Source: Octopus vulgaris
Lineage: Eukaryota
DNA: 64,000 bases
Direction: 5' to 3'
Assembly: GCA_951406725.2 (NCBI GenBank)
Contig: OX597835.1
Coordinates: forward strand, 7,936,001-8,000,000
This document shows, in pieces, positions 41,704 through 54,703 of the stretch. The position numbers and the translations under genes are program-made. Every line of letters begins with the position of its first letter. Position 1 is the first letter of the stretch. The notes beneath the pieces are model-generated. The model ran no database searches and was not told the DNA's origin. It saw only the letters and a list, made by a program, of their open reading frames with translations.

Positions 41704-42270
41704 CATACATACATACATATATACACACACACATATATATACATATATTTATACATATATACATACACACACGCGCACACATATTTGTCATCATTATTTA
41801 AAGTTCGTTGTCCATACTGGCATGAGTTTGTCTGCGTTAGCATGCCAGAAGGATGCACCACACTCCAGTTTGATCTGGCATGGTTATCTATGGCTGGATG
41901 CCTTTCCTAATGCTGACCACTCGGAGACTGTAATAAATGCTTTTAACTGCGATTTGCATGACACCAGGCACATACACACACATATACATATATATGTGTA
42001 TATATGTACATATAAATATGTGTGTATATATATATATATACGTATGTATTGTATATATGTATGTATATATGTGTGTGTGTATATCTATGTACATACATAT
42101 ATGTATACATGCCTGTATGTATACATATATGTATGTTTGTGTATTTTATATATATATATATATATATATTTCAGTATATATACAGATATATATGTCTATG
42201 TGTATATATATATAGATATATGTGTATATATATATATATATATACATATTTATATATGTATACACATATG

Positions 42271-42313
<43 letters not shown>

Positions 42314-42518
42314 GTATATATATATATATATATATTCATATATGTATACACATATGTATATATATATATATATATACATATTTATATATGTATACACATA
42401 TGTATATATATATATATATATACACACATATATGTTGGTATATATATATATATATGTATATATATATACATATCTATATATACATACATATATGTTTATC
42501 TCTCTATCTGTCTATATA

Positions 42519-42562
<44 letters not shown>

Positions 42563-42823
42563 TGTATATATATATACATATATTATGCTGGGTTATTGTT
42601 GGTTAGATAGGGCAACCAGAGGTAAAACCCATGCCATGGGTCAGAGAAGAGTGCTGTCAAACTATCCAACATGGAAGGTGAGCATTAAATGAACAAGATG
42701 ATGAATGTCTTAATCACAAAAACAGGCACACACAAACACACCCACTTATTATTTTATACATATTGTTGAAGTTTTCAATTTGCAAAATATACATAACACA
42801 CAAGATGAGGCAAAGAAAAAGAC

Positions 42824-42863
<40 letters not shown>

Positions 42864-43257
42864 AGATAAAAATATTTGTAGATGCATAAATTCATGTAAA
42901 CTGGTTTGTAAAGATTTGGCTGTTTTTGTTTTCATACACACACACACACAAAATCAATATATTTATATGCAATCATTTTTAGAAGAAAATAGGAAATTTT
43001 GTCAAAGAGTCACATAACACAGCCCAAAGAACAGGAAGAATTGAAACCAGATCCTCAAAACAAACAGCAGCACATAGAAGCAAGAAATATTTAGAAAGGT
43101 GATAGAAATTGTTTTCAAAATACTGAAGTGGGCAGAGCAAATAATAATTGGGGTGCACTAGGAGTCTCTGGGTTAATAAGTGGTTCACTAGGAGCCTCTG
43201 GACTGATAATTTGGGCTTTTCATCTCAGTCGGAAGGAACGGAATATTTTACATGCAT

Positions 43258-43296
<39 letters not shown>

Positions 43297-43302
43297 CATA
43301 TA

Positions 43303-43486
43303 CTTTACTTAAAGCAGCAGAAAATTCAACAAAACCTGTTACTCTGAGTTTCACGTTTCCGTTCGTCGGACAGAGTAACAGGTTTTGTTGAATTTTCTGC
43401 TGCTTTAAATAAAGCATATTACTCTACCACTGGTATTTGAGTACTCTTTTTCCCACCTTGTTTCACACTTATGTGTTTACTCCGGT
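43303..43486 (+). mobile_element. TA-flanked element with 44-bp inverted arms (43303-43346 / 43371-43414) enclosing a hammerhead-like loop on the minus strand
   Basis: Minus-strand loop reads t CCGACGA ACG gaaa CGT GAAACT between ctctg and cagag. Confidence 0.7.
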
Positions 43487-43603
43487 ATATATATATACAT
43501 ATAAAAAATATCATCCACATATACAGTTGCAACTATTTCAAGTCTTAGATACTTCACAAACTCATTTGAGTGAATGTTGGCATTTATACAATTAAATACA
43601 CTG

Positions 43604-43635
<32 letters not shown>

Positions 43636-43802
43636 TTATGCACACACATAGCTTAGCACCAAGATGACAATTCCATGCATATCTGCTAAGTTCTCCTTAT
43701 CTAATACCTAAATAAATCTGCATGTAATTTTGACTGGTCTGTACTGAAAGGCAAAGCTAAACTAATGTAGGTGCTCTCTCTCTCATTCTACATACATACA
43801 TA

Positions 43803-43848
<46 letters not shown>

Positions 43849-44008
43849 CATGTATACACACATGCACACAAAGAAAAGGAGCTGAAAATGAGTTTACTGT
43901 CTTTAAGAAAATTTATTTACATTTGCTTCTTTATTTCACCACTTTCACAATTTCATGATTTAAGAAGTGCTGTCAGAAGGGGAACTTGGTTCTATACAAT
44001 ATATTTCA

Positions 44009-44083
<75 letters not shown>

Positions 44084-44782
44084 ATACACACATATATATA
44101 TATACACACATATATGTATGTATGTATATAAATATAGATATTGAGGCACACACACAAAAATATTTAAATATATGACACACATAGATAAATGTGCATATAT
44201 AGATGCATTTATGCACACATGCATATATACATCTCAGTGTATACTAAATTGCATAAAAAACATTCATCTAAACACACATACCTGTATGTGTGTGTGTATG
44301 AGAGAGAGGGTAATAGTTTGGAGCAGATATGAACATATTTAAAATCGTGGCAAACATTAGAAGTGAAATATTCTATCCACTCTGGGCAGAGTAGATAGTA
44401 TATTTATTGTACCACCATTTGGCTTTTCAGTGGTCAAATTATATTGTGGTATTATTTTGATGGAAATTGCATCATGTGTATGTTTGTGGCCTGCTGATCA
44501 GTGTGAGAATTAGGTGATTGATAAATGTGACAGAGAAATAGTCAAGAACTTCTGAACTAAGTCATTCAGCAGATGTCAACTTCCTGAAATAACTGGGCTT
44601 TTGGTGGCTTACACAGAGTGAAATAGATGTGGAAGGCTATCAAGAGTGTATGTGTGTGTACACACACACACATACATACATATATACATTTATTATGTAT
44701 ATACAATTTGGTGAGAATCGTAGCAGCAACTAGTGTTTGCGTGCATGCAGCCCCAGTAGCATCAACTGCAGCAATAATGCAT

Positions 44783-44815
<33 letters not shown>

Positions 44816-45490
44816 AAGAAGGCATTGTTTTAAAAGAAGGTGCTTGTTTAGATACAGGTGTTATGGCTGTAGTGGCGTGTTGGACGTTGTGGAGCAGGGG
44901 GGAGTGTACCGCAGACCAGAAAAATAAGGGGCACTCTTGACTGCGATTGGAAAGGGGGGAAAATGATACATTTCAAAACAAAGCATAAAAAAATACCTTT
45001 TGTAGAATTTAAATATTTCCTTTTAATATATTTTTTCCTTTTCTTTTCCTGTTTATCATTTTTTTTTGTATTATTTTCATATTTTTTTTCAATATTTATC
45101 GTTTCATTTAACAACAATTCAAAACACAAAATAAACAGAAATATAACAAATATTATATATATATATATACTCTCTGTAACAGTAGTAGTTTTTTGTTATT
45201 TTCTATATATATGTAAATATATATACGTGGGTGTATATATATATTTGCTTTTTTATCTATTTTTGTTGTTTATATTTTTCCATTCTTAGCATGTATGTAT
45301 GCGAGTGCATATATATATATATATATATATATACACTCACATATGCACACACACTGTGTATTAACTATTTCATGTGTGTATGTATGCACATATATATATA
45401 CGCATGCATATACACACGTTGTCGCTATATCACAATTTCACATTGAAGTTCATTCATGTTTTTTACACCTATATAGTGTGTGTACATAGA

Positions 45491-45527
<37 letters not shown>

Positions 45528-45734
45528 CATGTAAATATTGTGTGCATATGGAAGCTTTTGGGTGTGTGAGGTGTTTGTGTGTGTGTGTGTAAAATGCTTT
45601 TATTAAATACATCACTTGAAATAATATATCACATAGACGGACGTGTGCATGTGTGTATGTGTTGTAAATATGTGCTCACAGACGCACAACTATACATAAT
45701 CATATATATATTGTATGTGTGTGTGTGTGTGTGC

Positions 45735-45787
<53 letters not shown>

Positions 45788-45970
45788 CATATAATTACAT
45801 ATATTGGAAAATCACATGAAACATTGTATTGTGTACAGGTATGCAATCTATACATCGTGTTTGAGTGTGTGTGTGTGTGTGTGTATATATATATTTATAT
45901 ATACTTACATGTGTATAAATATATGCAATGCATGTGTGTTGTGTGTGTGTTTATATATGAATCGTACATA

Positions 45971-47089
45971 TCACTTCGTCTGTTCCGTGTACTGTTTATA
46001 AAGTTCGCTATTTCTTTTCATGATATCCAAACACGACCCTAACAACCGTTCAAAAGAGTCTCTTTGTAAAAATGCCACCTGTATGTCACCAACTGCGTAT
46101 ACGTTGGCTGACCGTGGTTTATTCTCTATAAGTGCCAGTTCTCCGAAATACGATCCCTTGCACAATCGACCCACCTCCTCCACTTCTCCTTCAGGGTCGT
46201 CTGGTTTATGGGAAATGGTGACCCTTATCTCACCCCTTTCCACAAAATACATACCGTCAGCTCCGTCCCCCTGCTTGATGATCTGGGTTTGGTCTGAGTA
46301 GTTTTGCGAGACCAGGGCATCGGCCAAACTCATTCTTTCGTACTGGTCGAGCGATTTCAAAATGGGTACATTTTCCAGGAATTCCTCGTACATTTTGCGT
46401 TTATTGCAGGCTCTTTTCAGAACGATTCGCCGAAATGAATTTCGGTCCATCGCCCATAACGTGCCCTCATCCGACACAGCAGTAACGGTCGCCGAACGTG
46501 GCTTGTTATACAAAAGTGCTAACTCACCGAAGCTGCCCGTATCTACGAACTGGTGGACTTTCCTGGTAGTTCCGTTAGTTTCCACAAACACATCGTAAAT
46601 TCCGCTGTCTATCACATAAAAATTATCTCCATCGTCTCCCTGGGTGATCACTTCTTCCCCAGCATTCACCTTTTTCCCGAACATCGCATCAAGAACTTCC
46701 TGCATTTGGTCGGAATCCAAAGATCGGAATATCAAAATGCCGCTAACGGCTTCTGTCAGACGCCGACGTTGTTCGTCCGTTTTCGGGTGGACGACTTTCT
46801 CATCATCGTCATCTTCTTCAGGGTCATACTTTTCGCCTGAAATAGAAATCCGACGTTCGTAACGATTCGAGATGTTCGTTTTAGGCTTCATCGATGAAGG
46901 TTCTGGTTCTCCAGCTTCGCACTCATCCACCACGATGTACATGGGGACCGTTTTAGGTTTCCGATTTTCTCGCACCCTCGTGAAATAGTCTATTGCGAAG
47001 TCGTAGATGTCAGCCGGCCTCTCTCGTAGAACTGCTACAGTGAAATCTCTCAACATATCACCAAGACCCTCCGGGATTTCAAAGCTCAT
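45971..47089 (-). CDS. PRKAR2: cAMP-dependent protein kinase type II regulatory subunit (PKA RII-like), intronless CDS, 372 aa
   Basis: N-terminal RII-type D/D domain (FEIPEGLGDMLRDFTVAVLRERPADIYDFAIDYF). Phosphorylatable inhibitor site RRIS (Ser82) marks type II. Linker HPKTDEQRRRL. Two CNB domains with PBCs FGELALLYNKPRSAT and FGELALIENKPRSAN. C-terminal capping Tyr in KRNSELY. Open from ATG to TGA with no introns; GC content higher than the flanks. Confidence 0.97.
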   Translation of the reverse strand: MSFEIPEGLGDMLRDFTVAVLRERPADIYDFAIDYFTRVRENRKPKTVPMYIVVDECEAGEPEPSSMKPKTNISNRYERRISISGEKYDPEEDDDDEKVVHPKTDEQRRRLTEAVSGILIFRSLDSDQMQEVLDAMFGKKVNAGEEVITQGDDGDNFYVIDSGIYDVFVETNGTTRKVHQFVDTGSFGELALLYNKPRSATVTAVSDEGTLWAMDRNSFRRIVLKRACNKRKMYEEFLENVPILKSLDQYERMSLADALVSQNYSDQTQIIKQGDGADGMYFVERGEIRVTISHKPDDPEGEVEEVGRLCKGSYFGELALIENKPRSANVYAVGDIQVAFLQRDSFERLLGSCLDIMKRNSELYKQYTEQTK

Positions 47090-48966
47090 GACTTTTGTTT
47101 TGTGGTTGTTTTTTTTGTTGGAGGAAAAAATTTATTTTCTATCGAACAAAAAAATTATATTTTTTATGTATTTGTGAAAGTGAGAACAGAACAAAAAAAA
47201 AAATGAATATTCTTCGAATTTTTTTTTTCTCTCAAAAAATACCCGATTCTCTATAATTATAATTATAATAATTATGATAATCTTTTCGTTTTTGTTGTTG
47301 AATATTATGGATATTATAATAATGATATTTGTTGTTGTTGTTGTTGGTGGTGGTGGTGATTGCACTAATAATGGTAATTGTAGCACTAGTGGTAGTAGTA
47401 AATTGCAGTGGTGGTTGTAAGATTTAGTGTAGTGTTTGATTGTAATAGTAGTAGTAGTTGTTGTTGTTGTTATAGTCGTAGTGGATAGCAAGAAAATGTA
47501 TTTTGTAGCTATGTTATATACTACTATTACTAATAATAATAGTTTTCGTTGTTAATTTTAAGCTGATGTTGGTGATGATGATGATGATTGTAAAGTTGTG
47601 TAAGTTGTTAGGCTGTAATTAATTTGTGATTAATCCAAAAAGTAAAGAGAACGTGCCTTGTATATTACTGGTATACATTTATACACCCATGTGTGTGTCG
47701 ATGTATATAATATCAGTGCATAGAGTACTCCCGTGTTAGCATCTCCACAACTTTAAGGTAAGAACTTTTCCACAAAACGTTTCTAAAACTGTTTGGAAAC
47801 GGAGCTTCCTCATCAGCCTCCTCCACTTTGGTTCGACTTCTTCGCCATATACAGTTATTGTTGTTGTTGTTGGTTCCACTGTTTGTTTGTTTTTTTTCAC
47901 CTTTTTTTTTTTTGGTTCTTTTTGCTGGAGTTTCTGTTTTCTTTCCGCCAACCGAGTAATAATATATATTGCAACCGTAACAACAAAAATAAGTTTTCTT
48001 CCGAAAAGGTATATAATTAAATAATTAAGCAGAAAAAAAAAAAACAGGAACAAAACGAAAAATGTAATAAACGAAAAAAAAAAATGAAGATAAGATAAAC
48101 GGAAGAGGGGGGAGAAAAAGCCCCACGAACTTGTCTCTTCGACAAACGTGTGTATTATATTAGAATAACGGTGGTTCCTGCTTGTCACCGCTGCTGCTGC
48201 TGCTGCCACTGCTGCTGCTGCTGTTGCTTGTCAGTATTGTTATTGTTAGTAGTAGTAGTAGCAGTGGTAGTGGTTAAAGCAGTCGAAGTCACTGTAGTAG
48301 TCAATGTTGTTGTCGTCGTCACTGGAGGAATTATGTTCTTGCAGTTGTCGTCGTTGTTGTTGTTGATGTTGTTGGCATTTAACTGATTATTCCTGTTGTT
48401 GTTGTTGTTGCTGTTGTACTTTCTTCCACTCAACTTGTTCCTTCTAAAAGCAAAATTCCTTCTTTTCGTTTTAAAATCTCCTTCTTTTTTCCTTCCCTTG
48501 CTTTCTCATTCATCAAACTCTTCTTTTTTCCCTTCTTTCATTCCTAATTCATTCTATCGCTCTCCTTCTTTTCTCATTCTTTCTTCATTCCTTCCTCCTT
48601 TATCTTTTCTTATTCCTTTCCTGATTTTCTTTCCCCTTTCTTTCTCCAGTCACTCCGTGAAACATATTATTACATATAACATTTGTTAAAACTTGTTTCT
48701 CTCATATCCTCCTCTTTCGCGCACCTTGCCTTCTTTTTTATATGTGTGTATATATGTCACTCTTTTCTCCTCCTCCTCTAGTCCAACTTTCGCGTGTGTT
48801 TGTTTGTTGGACAAAAACTTAAATCCAAGCAATCAGACTCCGCAGGATGGATCGATTCTAAGGGAATCCGACCAAATATTTCTCTCAAAACTCAGGTTTT
48901 TCCATGCTGTTTTTCCACCATTTAGTTTCGTCTCTTTTTTTCCCCCTTCTTTTTCTTCACATTCTA

Positions 48967-49030
48967 CTCTCACTTTCTAGCTCTCCCTCTCACTTTCTAG
49001 CTCTCCCTCTCACTTTCTAGCTCTTCCTCT
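48967..49030. repeat. 3 x 20-bp tandem repeat upstream of the RII gene
   Basis: ctctcactttctagctctcc x3. Confidence 0.9.
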
Positions 49031-50457
49031 CTCTCTCGTTCTCTCTCACTCGACAGCAGCTTGATTAAAATGTCTATTTATCTGCCGCGTGTGTATGAGA
49101 TTAAACTGGGAAACTGTGAATGAAAGAGCGGCGGCGAACGACTATGAAAGAAAGTATTACAATGAAGGAGAAAAAAGTGTGTGAAGAACTTCGATGATGT
49201 GTGTGTGTGTGTGTGTGTGTTCACATTCTCTCTCCCCCTCTCTTTTGCTCTCCACAAACACAAAGACAAGCTGGTCTATACACCTACCTGGGGAAATGTG
49301 TGTTTAATTGGTACACGTCACATAACTATACACCCATGCACATAATACACATACAAAGCTGCAGTTAAAGGTGGAGTTTTTTTTTTTTTCTGTGTTACTA
49401 CCTTGACGACCACAGTTGTCCGTCATTTAAAGTTGTGCGATGTGAGAAGAAATTCAAATCCTTGCCTCGAAAAGTGCCAACGAGAGAGTGCAGTTTCTAT
49501 ATATGCAGATATACACACATTGCACACACACACACATATATACGTATAAGGGTATAAGGTAAACATATATACATGTATACACATATATATTAAATATATG
49601 TCATATATATTTTATACATGTGTGTGTTGCTTTGCTCTACAACATGCGCGCGCTTCTCAGAGCTAAGCAGTCAAACGGTCTCTCTCGTTCCGTTGCCATC
49701 CCTTGCTATTCATCCGCCTCTTTTCTGTGCTCTACACACCATCTGATATATATATACTGCTGGATGTATGGTGCTATAATGGATATCGCTTATTATAATC
49801 ATAGGTAATGCAATCAGCTATTGCTTATTGTTATCAAAATGAGTGGGTCCCAATACGCTTGCCTAATATATTGTTAATATCGTGTACTTAATGTTATCAT
49901 CCGGTTATTGATGTAATAACGATATCAGACTAACTTTGCTGTTTGAAGAAGAGCAGAACGGATTACGGAAGTTTTCGACCCAGGAGGGGAATCATTATTA
50001 TAACCTCTAAAAAGAAAATATACCAAATCACAGCAAAAACTGTCTGAATTTTCTAAATAACAGATTTTGCTGTTGTATGTCTATACGCATGTGTGTTTGT
50101 GGGTTTTAACGTACACATTTTTGTACATGCCTGTGTAGACTTATCTTCTCAACCTTTCGGGGTCGATAAAATAAAAGTTCCAGTTTTGTTGTCCCTGGAA
50201 TGTAATTGACTTGCCCCTTTAAAGTTGCTGACCTTGTACCCTAGATTTAGAGATAATTATCTTTATTAGGCCGGGTAATTGATAAGAATCTAGGGAGATA
50301 TTTTCCTTTCTGAATTCAAATCCTATCGAGTTTGCTTTCGTCATTCTGGGGAGGGTAGTCTTAAGGCATAAACAAACAGGACATATGCCTTGGGTTGACA
50401 CAGCACTAGGGGCTGGATCTATGTATTAAAAGACTGGGGCCCCCAGGGCATGGTTTG

Positions 50458-50618
50458 GTGAGTTCAAATTCCGCCGAGGTCGACTTTGCCTTTCATCCTT
50501 TCGGGGTCGATAAATTAAGTACCAGTTACGCACTGGGGTCGATGTAATCGACTTAATACCTATGTCGGCCCTTGTTTGTGCCCTCTGTGTTTAGCCCCTT
50601 GTGGGTAATAAAGAAATA
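50458..50618 (+). mobile_element. SINE family C, 5'-truncated
   Basis: Family match; other copies at ~6085-6248(+), 34530-34720(-), 60450-60633(-), 60650-60851(-) and 63234-63408(-). Confidence 0.88.
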
Positions 50619-51079
50619 GGTTTATGATGTTGTTAAGACGGTTCTGTCTCTGGGGTCGATAAAACATCACCACCTGAAATTTCTGGTTTTGTACCTATAT
50701 TAAACGTTATTATTAATGTACTAATTATAATGTTAATTAAAAAAAAACTAAAAGCTGAAGTGTTAGTAGCGTTAAAAGTGAGGAAGTGAAAAAGCGCGCG
50801 AGTGATGAGAGAAGGAAGAGGAGAAATGCAAGAGTGAAAGGTAGAGAGGAATAATGTGAGTGAGTGAGGAAATGAAGTGGAGGTTGTCTTTACTGAGTGC
50901 CAAGTGCTGAGAACAAGGAAAACCTTATTAACAGCATAGCAGCAGCTGTTATAGTTGTAATAATGGAAGTAGCAGTGGGAGTAGTTACAATAGTGAAGGT
51001 AGCTATAGTTATGGTAGGGGTCATGAGGTCGGTGTGAGAAATGTAGAGCGTTGTTGTTTAGCACCAGGTCAGCTGATCA

Positions 51080-51587
51080 GGCAAGATCCAGTAGAACTCA
51101 CAACCGCGCCAACCGTGACTCTCTCGTTTTGTTAAAATGCTAACTGAAACTAAAATTTATAGAACAGATTTTATATGCTAGCGTTTTGCCTGCCAATCCC
51201 AGGTCAGATCCAGCCGTGACGATCACCTCTGATTTGGCTATCTACGAGCAGGCAGATCCAGTAGAACTCACAACCACGCCAACCGTGACCCTCTCGTTTC
51301 GTTAACATGCTAACTGAAACTACATTTACAGAACAGATTTTATATGCTAGCGTTTTGCCTGCCAATCCCAGGTCAGATCCAGCCGTGACGATCACCTCTG
51401 ATTTGGCTATCTACGAGCAGGCAGATCCAGTAGAACTCACAACCACGCCAACCGTGACCCTCTCGTTTCGTTAACATGCTAACTGAAACTACATTTATAG
51501 AACAGATTTTTGTTTGCTAGCGTTTTGCCTGCCAATCCCAGGTCAGATACAGCCGTGACGATCACCTCTGATTTGGCTATCTACGAG
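51080..51587 (+). repeat. Tandem repeat, ~3 x 169-170 bp
   Basis: ccaggtcagat at 51199, 51368 and 51538. Confidence 0.93.
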
Positions 51588-51761
51588 ATTAACTGACGTG
51601 TCTTTTCTTTTTTTTTTCTTTCTTTTCAACCCAGTAAGATAGTAGGATGTCGTTTCAAAAAGATTCGGCTATTGTTTCTAGCAGGTCGGACGACCATGTA
51701 GCACTCCCCTCAGTTGTTGGCTCATGAAACTTCCTGGTAGTGGTAGTAGTAGTAGTAGTAA

Positions 51762-51793
<32 letters not shown>

Positions 51794-52438
51794 ATAGTAG
51801 TAGTAGTGGTGGTAGTAATAGTAGTAGTAGTAATAGTAGTAATAGTAGTAATAGTAGTAGAAGTAGTAGTAGTTGTAGTAGTTTTAGTAGTAGTAGTAGT
51901 AGTAATTGTGGTGGTGGTGGTAATTTTCTTATGCGTGACGCCTCACAGTTTGCTGGCAAAATGCGTAACGAGAACAACAACAGCAAGAACAATAATCCAT
52001 TTTTCTGTAGACAGAAAGGCCTGGAACTTTAGGGAAAGCGGGGGTGAGTAGTTTTGCATCGACGCCGCCCAGGGGCCCAAAGTCGACTTTGGCGGAATTT
52101 GAACGTTTGAACGTTTTACCCCTTACGTGCAAAATACAAAAACGATTCTGCCAGCACCCTCCCCCCCCCAACCCGCCCTAAAGAAAAAAAAAACAAAAGA
52201 GAAACATAAAAAAAATAACACAAATAAACGGTTTGTTAGTATGTTCAATGTCCAATGTACCCCACCACCACCACCACCTCCGCCGCCGCCACCGCGACCA
52301 CCGCCACACCAACTAGCGCTGCTGTTATATGTATTGCCCTGTTGCTAATACGAAAAGCGCTGAAGGCGGCAGCAGCGGCGACAACGCTTACTCGTTTGTC
52401 ATGTTTAACGCTTTGAATTTGTAGGGAAGACTGGCAAC

Positions 52439-52474
<36 letters not shown>

Positions 52475-52477
<3 letters not shown>

Positions 52478-52882
52478 CTCTTTTACTCTTTTACTTGTTT
52501 CAGTCATTTGACTGCGGCCATGCTGGAGCACCGCCTTTAATCGAGCAAATCGACCCCGGGACTTATTCTTTTGTAAGCCCAGTACTTATTCTATCGGTCT
52601 CTTTTGCCGAACCGCTAAGTTACGGGGACCTAAACACACCAGCATCGGTTGTCAAGCAATGCTAAGGGGACAAACACAGACACAAATACACACATGCACA
52701 TATATATATACATATATACGACAGGCTTCTTTCAGTTTCCGTCTACCAAATCCACTCACAAGGCATTGGTCAGCCTCGAGGCTATAGTAGAAGACACTTG
52801 CCCAAGGTGCCACGCAGTGGGACTGAACCCAGAACCATGTGGTTGGTAAACAAGCTACTTACCACACAGCCACTCCTGCGCC
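52475..52882 (-). mobile_element. SINE family A, full length
   Basis: Matches the other family A copies. Confidence 0.92.
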
Positions 52883-52986
52883 TATATATTTTTTATATAT
52901 ATATGTTCAAAATGTGACCGCGTGTGTACCGTTGGCGATTTTTTTCTTCCTCTGTCTTCCCTTCTCTGGATCTTTCCTTCTCCTAT

Positions 52987-53021
52987 GTTTCCGACGAAGA
53001 GCTCCGCTCGAAACGTTAAAC
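52987..53021 (+). ncRNA. Variant minimal hammerhead motif (family H1, element ~52900-53125)
   Basis: gttt CCGACGA A GAGC tcc GCTC GAAAC GT T aaac; stems I and II perfect, U4C. Confidence 0.68.
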
Positions 53022-53138
53022 CCTCCTTCTTCCCTTCTTTCCTGAGCGTCCAATAATACTATATTTGTTCCACGTCCTCGCGTTGTTGTGTTTTTTTTTT
53101 TGTGTTTTCTTGTTTGGATTAACTATATATATATATAG

Positions 53139-53203
<65 letters not shown>

Positions 53204-53380
53204 ATTTGAAAACTCCACCGGAATGAACGAAAGCGCTAATGCATGATATATGATATAAGTTATATGATGTATAAAAACATGTAATATACAAATAAATATC
53301 TGTAAATATAAAACCATCCGAATTTCTGAGTACTTCATTTCTTCTAATATAAAACACCTGTACATCATCTCCAAACCTTC

Positions 53381-53490
<110 letters not shown>

Positions 53491-53702
53491 AGTAGGTGAA
53501 TGAATTATCCTAGTATTGGTAATTCGGTTAACCGATACCTGGGTAGCAATTCACGTCAGAAAACACGGTTGAAGCTACTTGCCAAGGGTAGAAACTCCGT
53601 GTTCTTGTGTGGCAATTTGTGTAATATTTAAAATGAATAAAAGAATGAGTCGAACGATAAAGGAATTGTGTTAAAATCCTCGTTCGACTCCATTCTTTTA
53701 TT

Positions 53703-53738
<36 letters not shown>

Positions 53739-53924
53739 GCCTGTCCAGACCTATCCTAGGGTCATTCAACCCTATTATCAACCCTATTATCTCCCCTTAT
53801 TTCGCTCTCGCGTCTCATGTTTGATCTTTGACCTCTGGCCGAAATCAGATCGCCATGTTGATTCGTTAGCTACTGCACGCATTTTTTTCTCTCCTTCTTT
53901 CTGTGTTTTTTTTTTCTCTGTGTA

Positions 53925-53962
53925 TCTTTCTGTTGAAGAGCGTAGGCTCGAAACGTTAAAGA
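53925..53962 (+). ncRNA. Variant minimal hammerhead motif (family H2, element ~53740-54062)
   Basis: tcttt CTGTTGA A GAGC gtag GCTC GAAAC GT T aaaga. Confidence 0.62.
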
Positions 53963-54059
53963 CTTGTTTTATTTATATTTCCTGAGCGCCATACTAATAC
54001 AATTGTTTGTTTGTTTTCCACCTGCCTTCGTCTTTTGTCTATTTTCATAAAGCTTCCCG

Positions 54060-54116
<57 letters not shown>

Positions 54117-54703
54117 TGTATACATACATGCAGGCAGGCATATATTCATGTGTACGTGCGTATTTATACACACGCGCATACACATTCCATCATTGTAGAG
54201 ATTTGTATGTATATGATGTGTACCTGTGGAATCTATATGCGGCAGATGAGAAGAGAGAATGAGAGAGTTAAATACAATTACCGCTCTCTATGCACGTACA
54301 GGTTCAGATCGATACAGATAATTGATTGACATTACATCGATCATACAAATCCTTCAACAGGTGATTAACCCTATTGATGGTTTGGTGGCGGGAGGGGGAG
54401 AGCAGTCAGGTTATTTTGCATCCCATTCCGTCCCAATCTCTAAATTGTTACTTTATTTTATCGATCAGAGTAAGCGGGAAAGATAAAGTCGCCATTTGAG
54501 CTCAGAAAGTAAAGGGAGGTAATTATTTCGGAGGCATTTTGTAAGGCGCCTTAAAGAGTCTGCCGACCTTGCTTCCATACTGAAATATGCGGCATGATCC
54601 ACAGAGACGTGCGAGGGCGACGGTGGGGGGTGTAGACATTAAAAAAAAGCATAAATATGTACTTATGTAATACATATAAATTAGCTAAAATATATGAAGA
54701 TTA

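Noticed and set aside
46020-46862. Plus-strand ORFs overlapping the RII gene
   Set aside because: Antisense shadows of the real CDS.
47785-47820. Minus-strand CTGATGA GGAAGC tcc GTTTCC AAAC upstream of RII
   Set aside because: Catalytic G12 is missing and stem I does not pair; probably chance.
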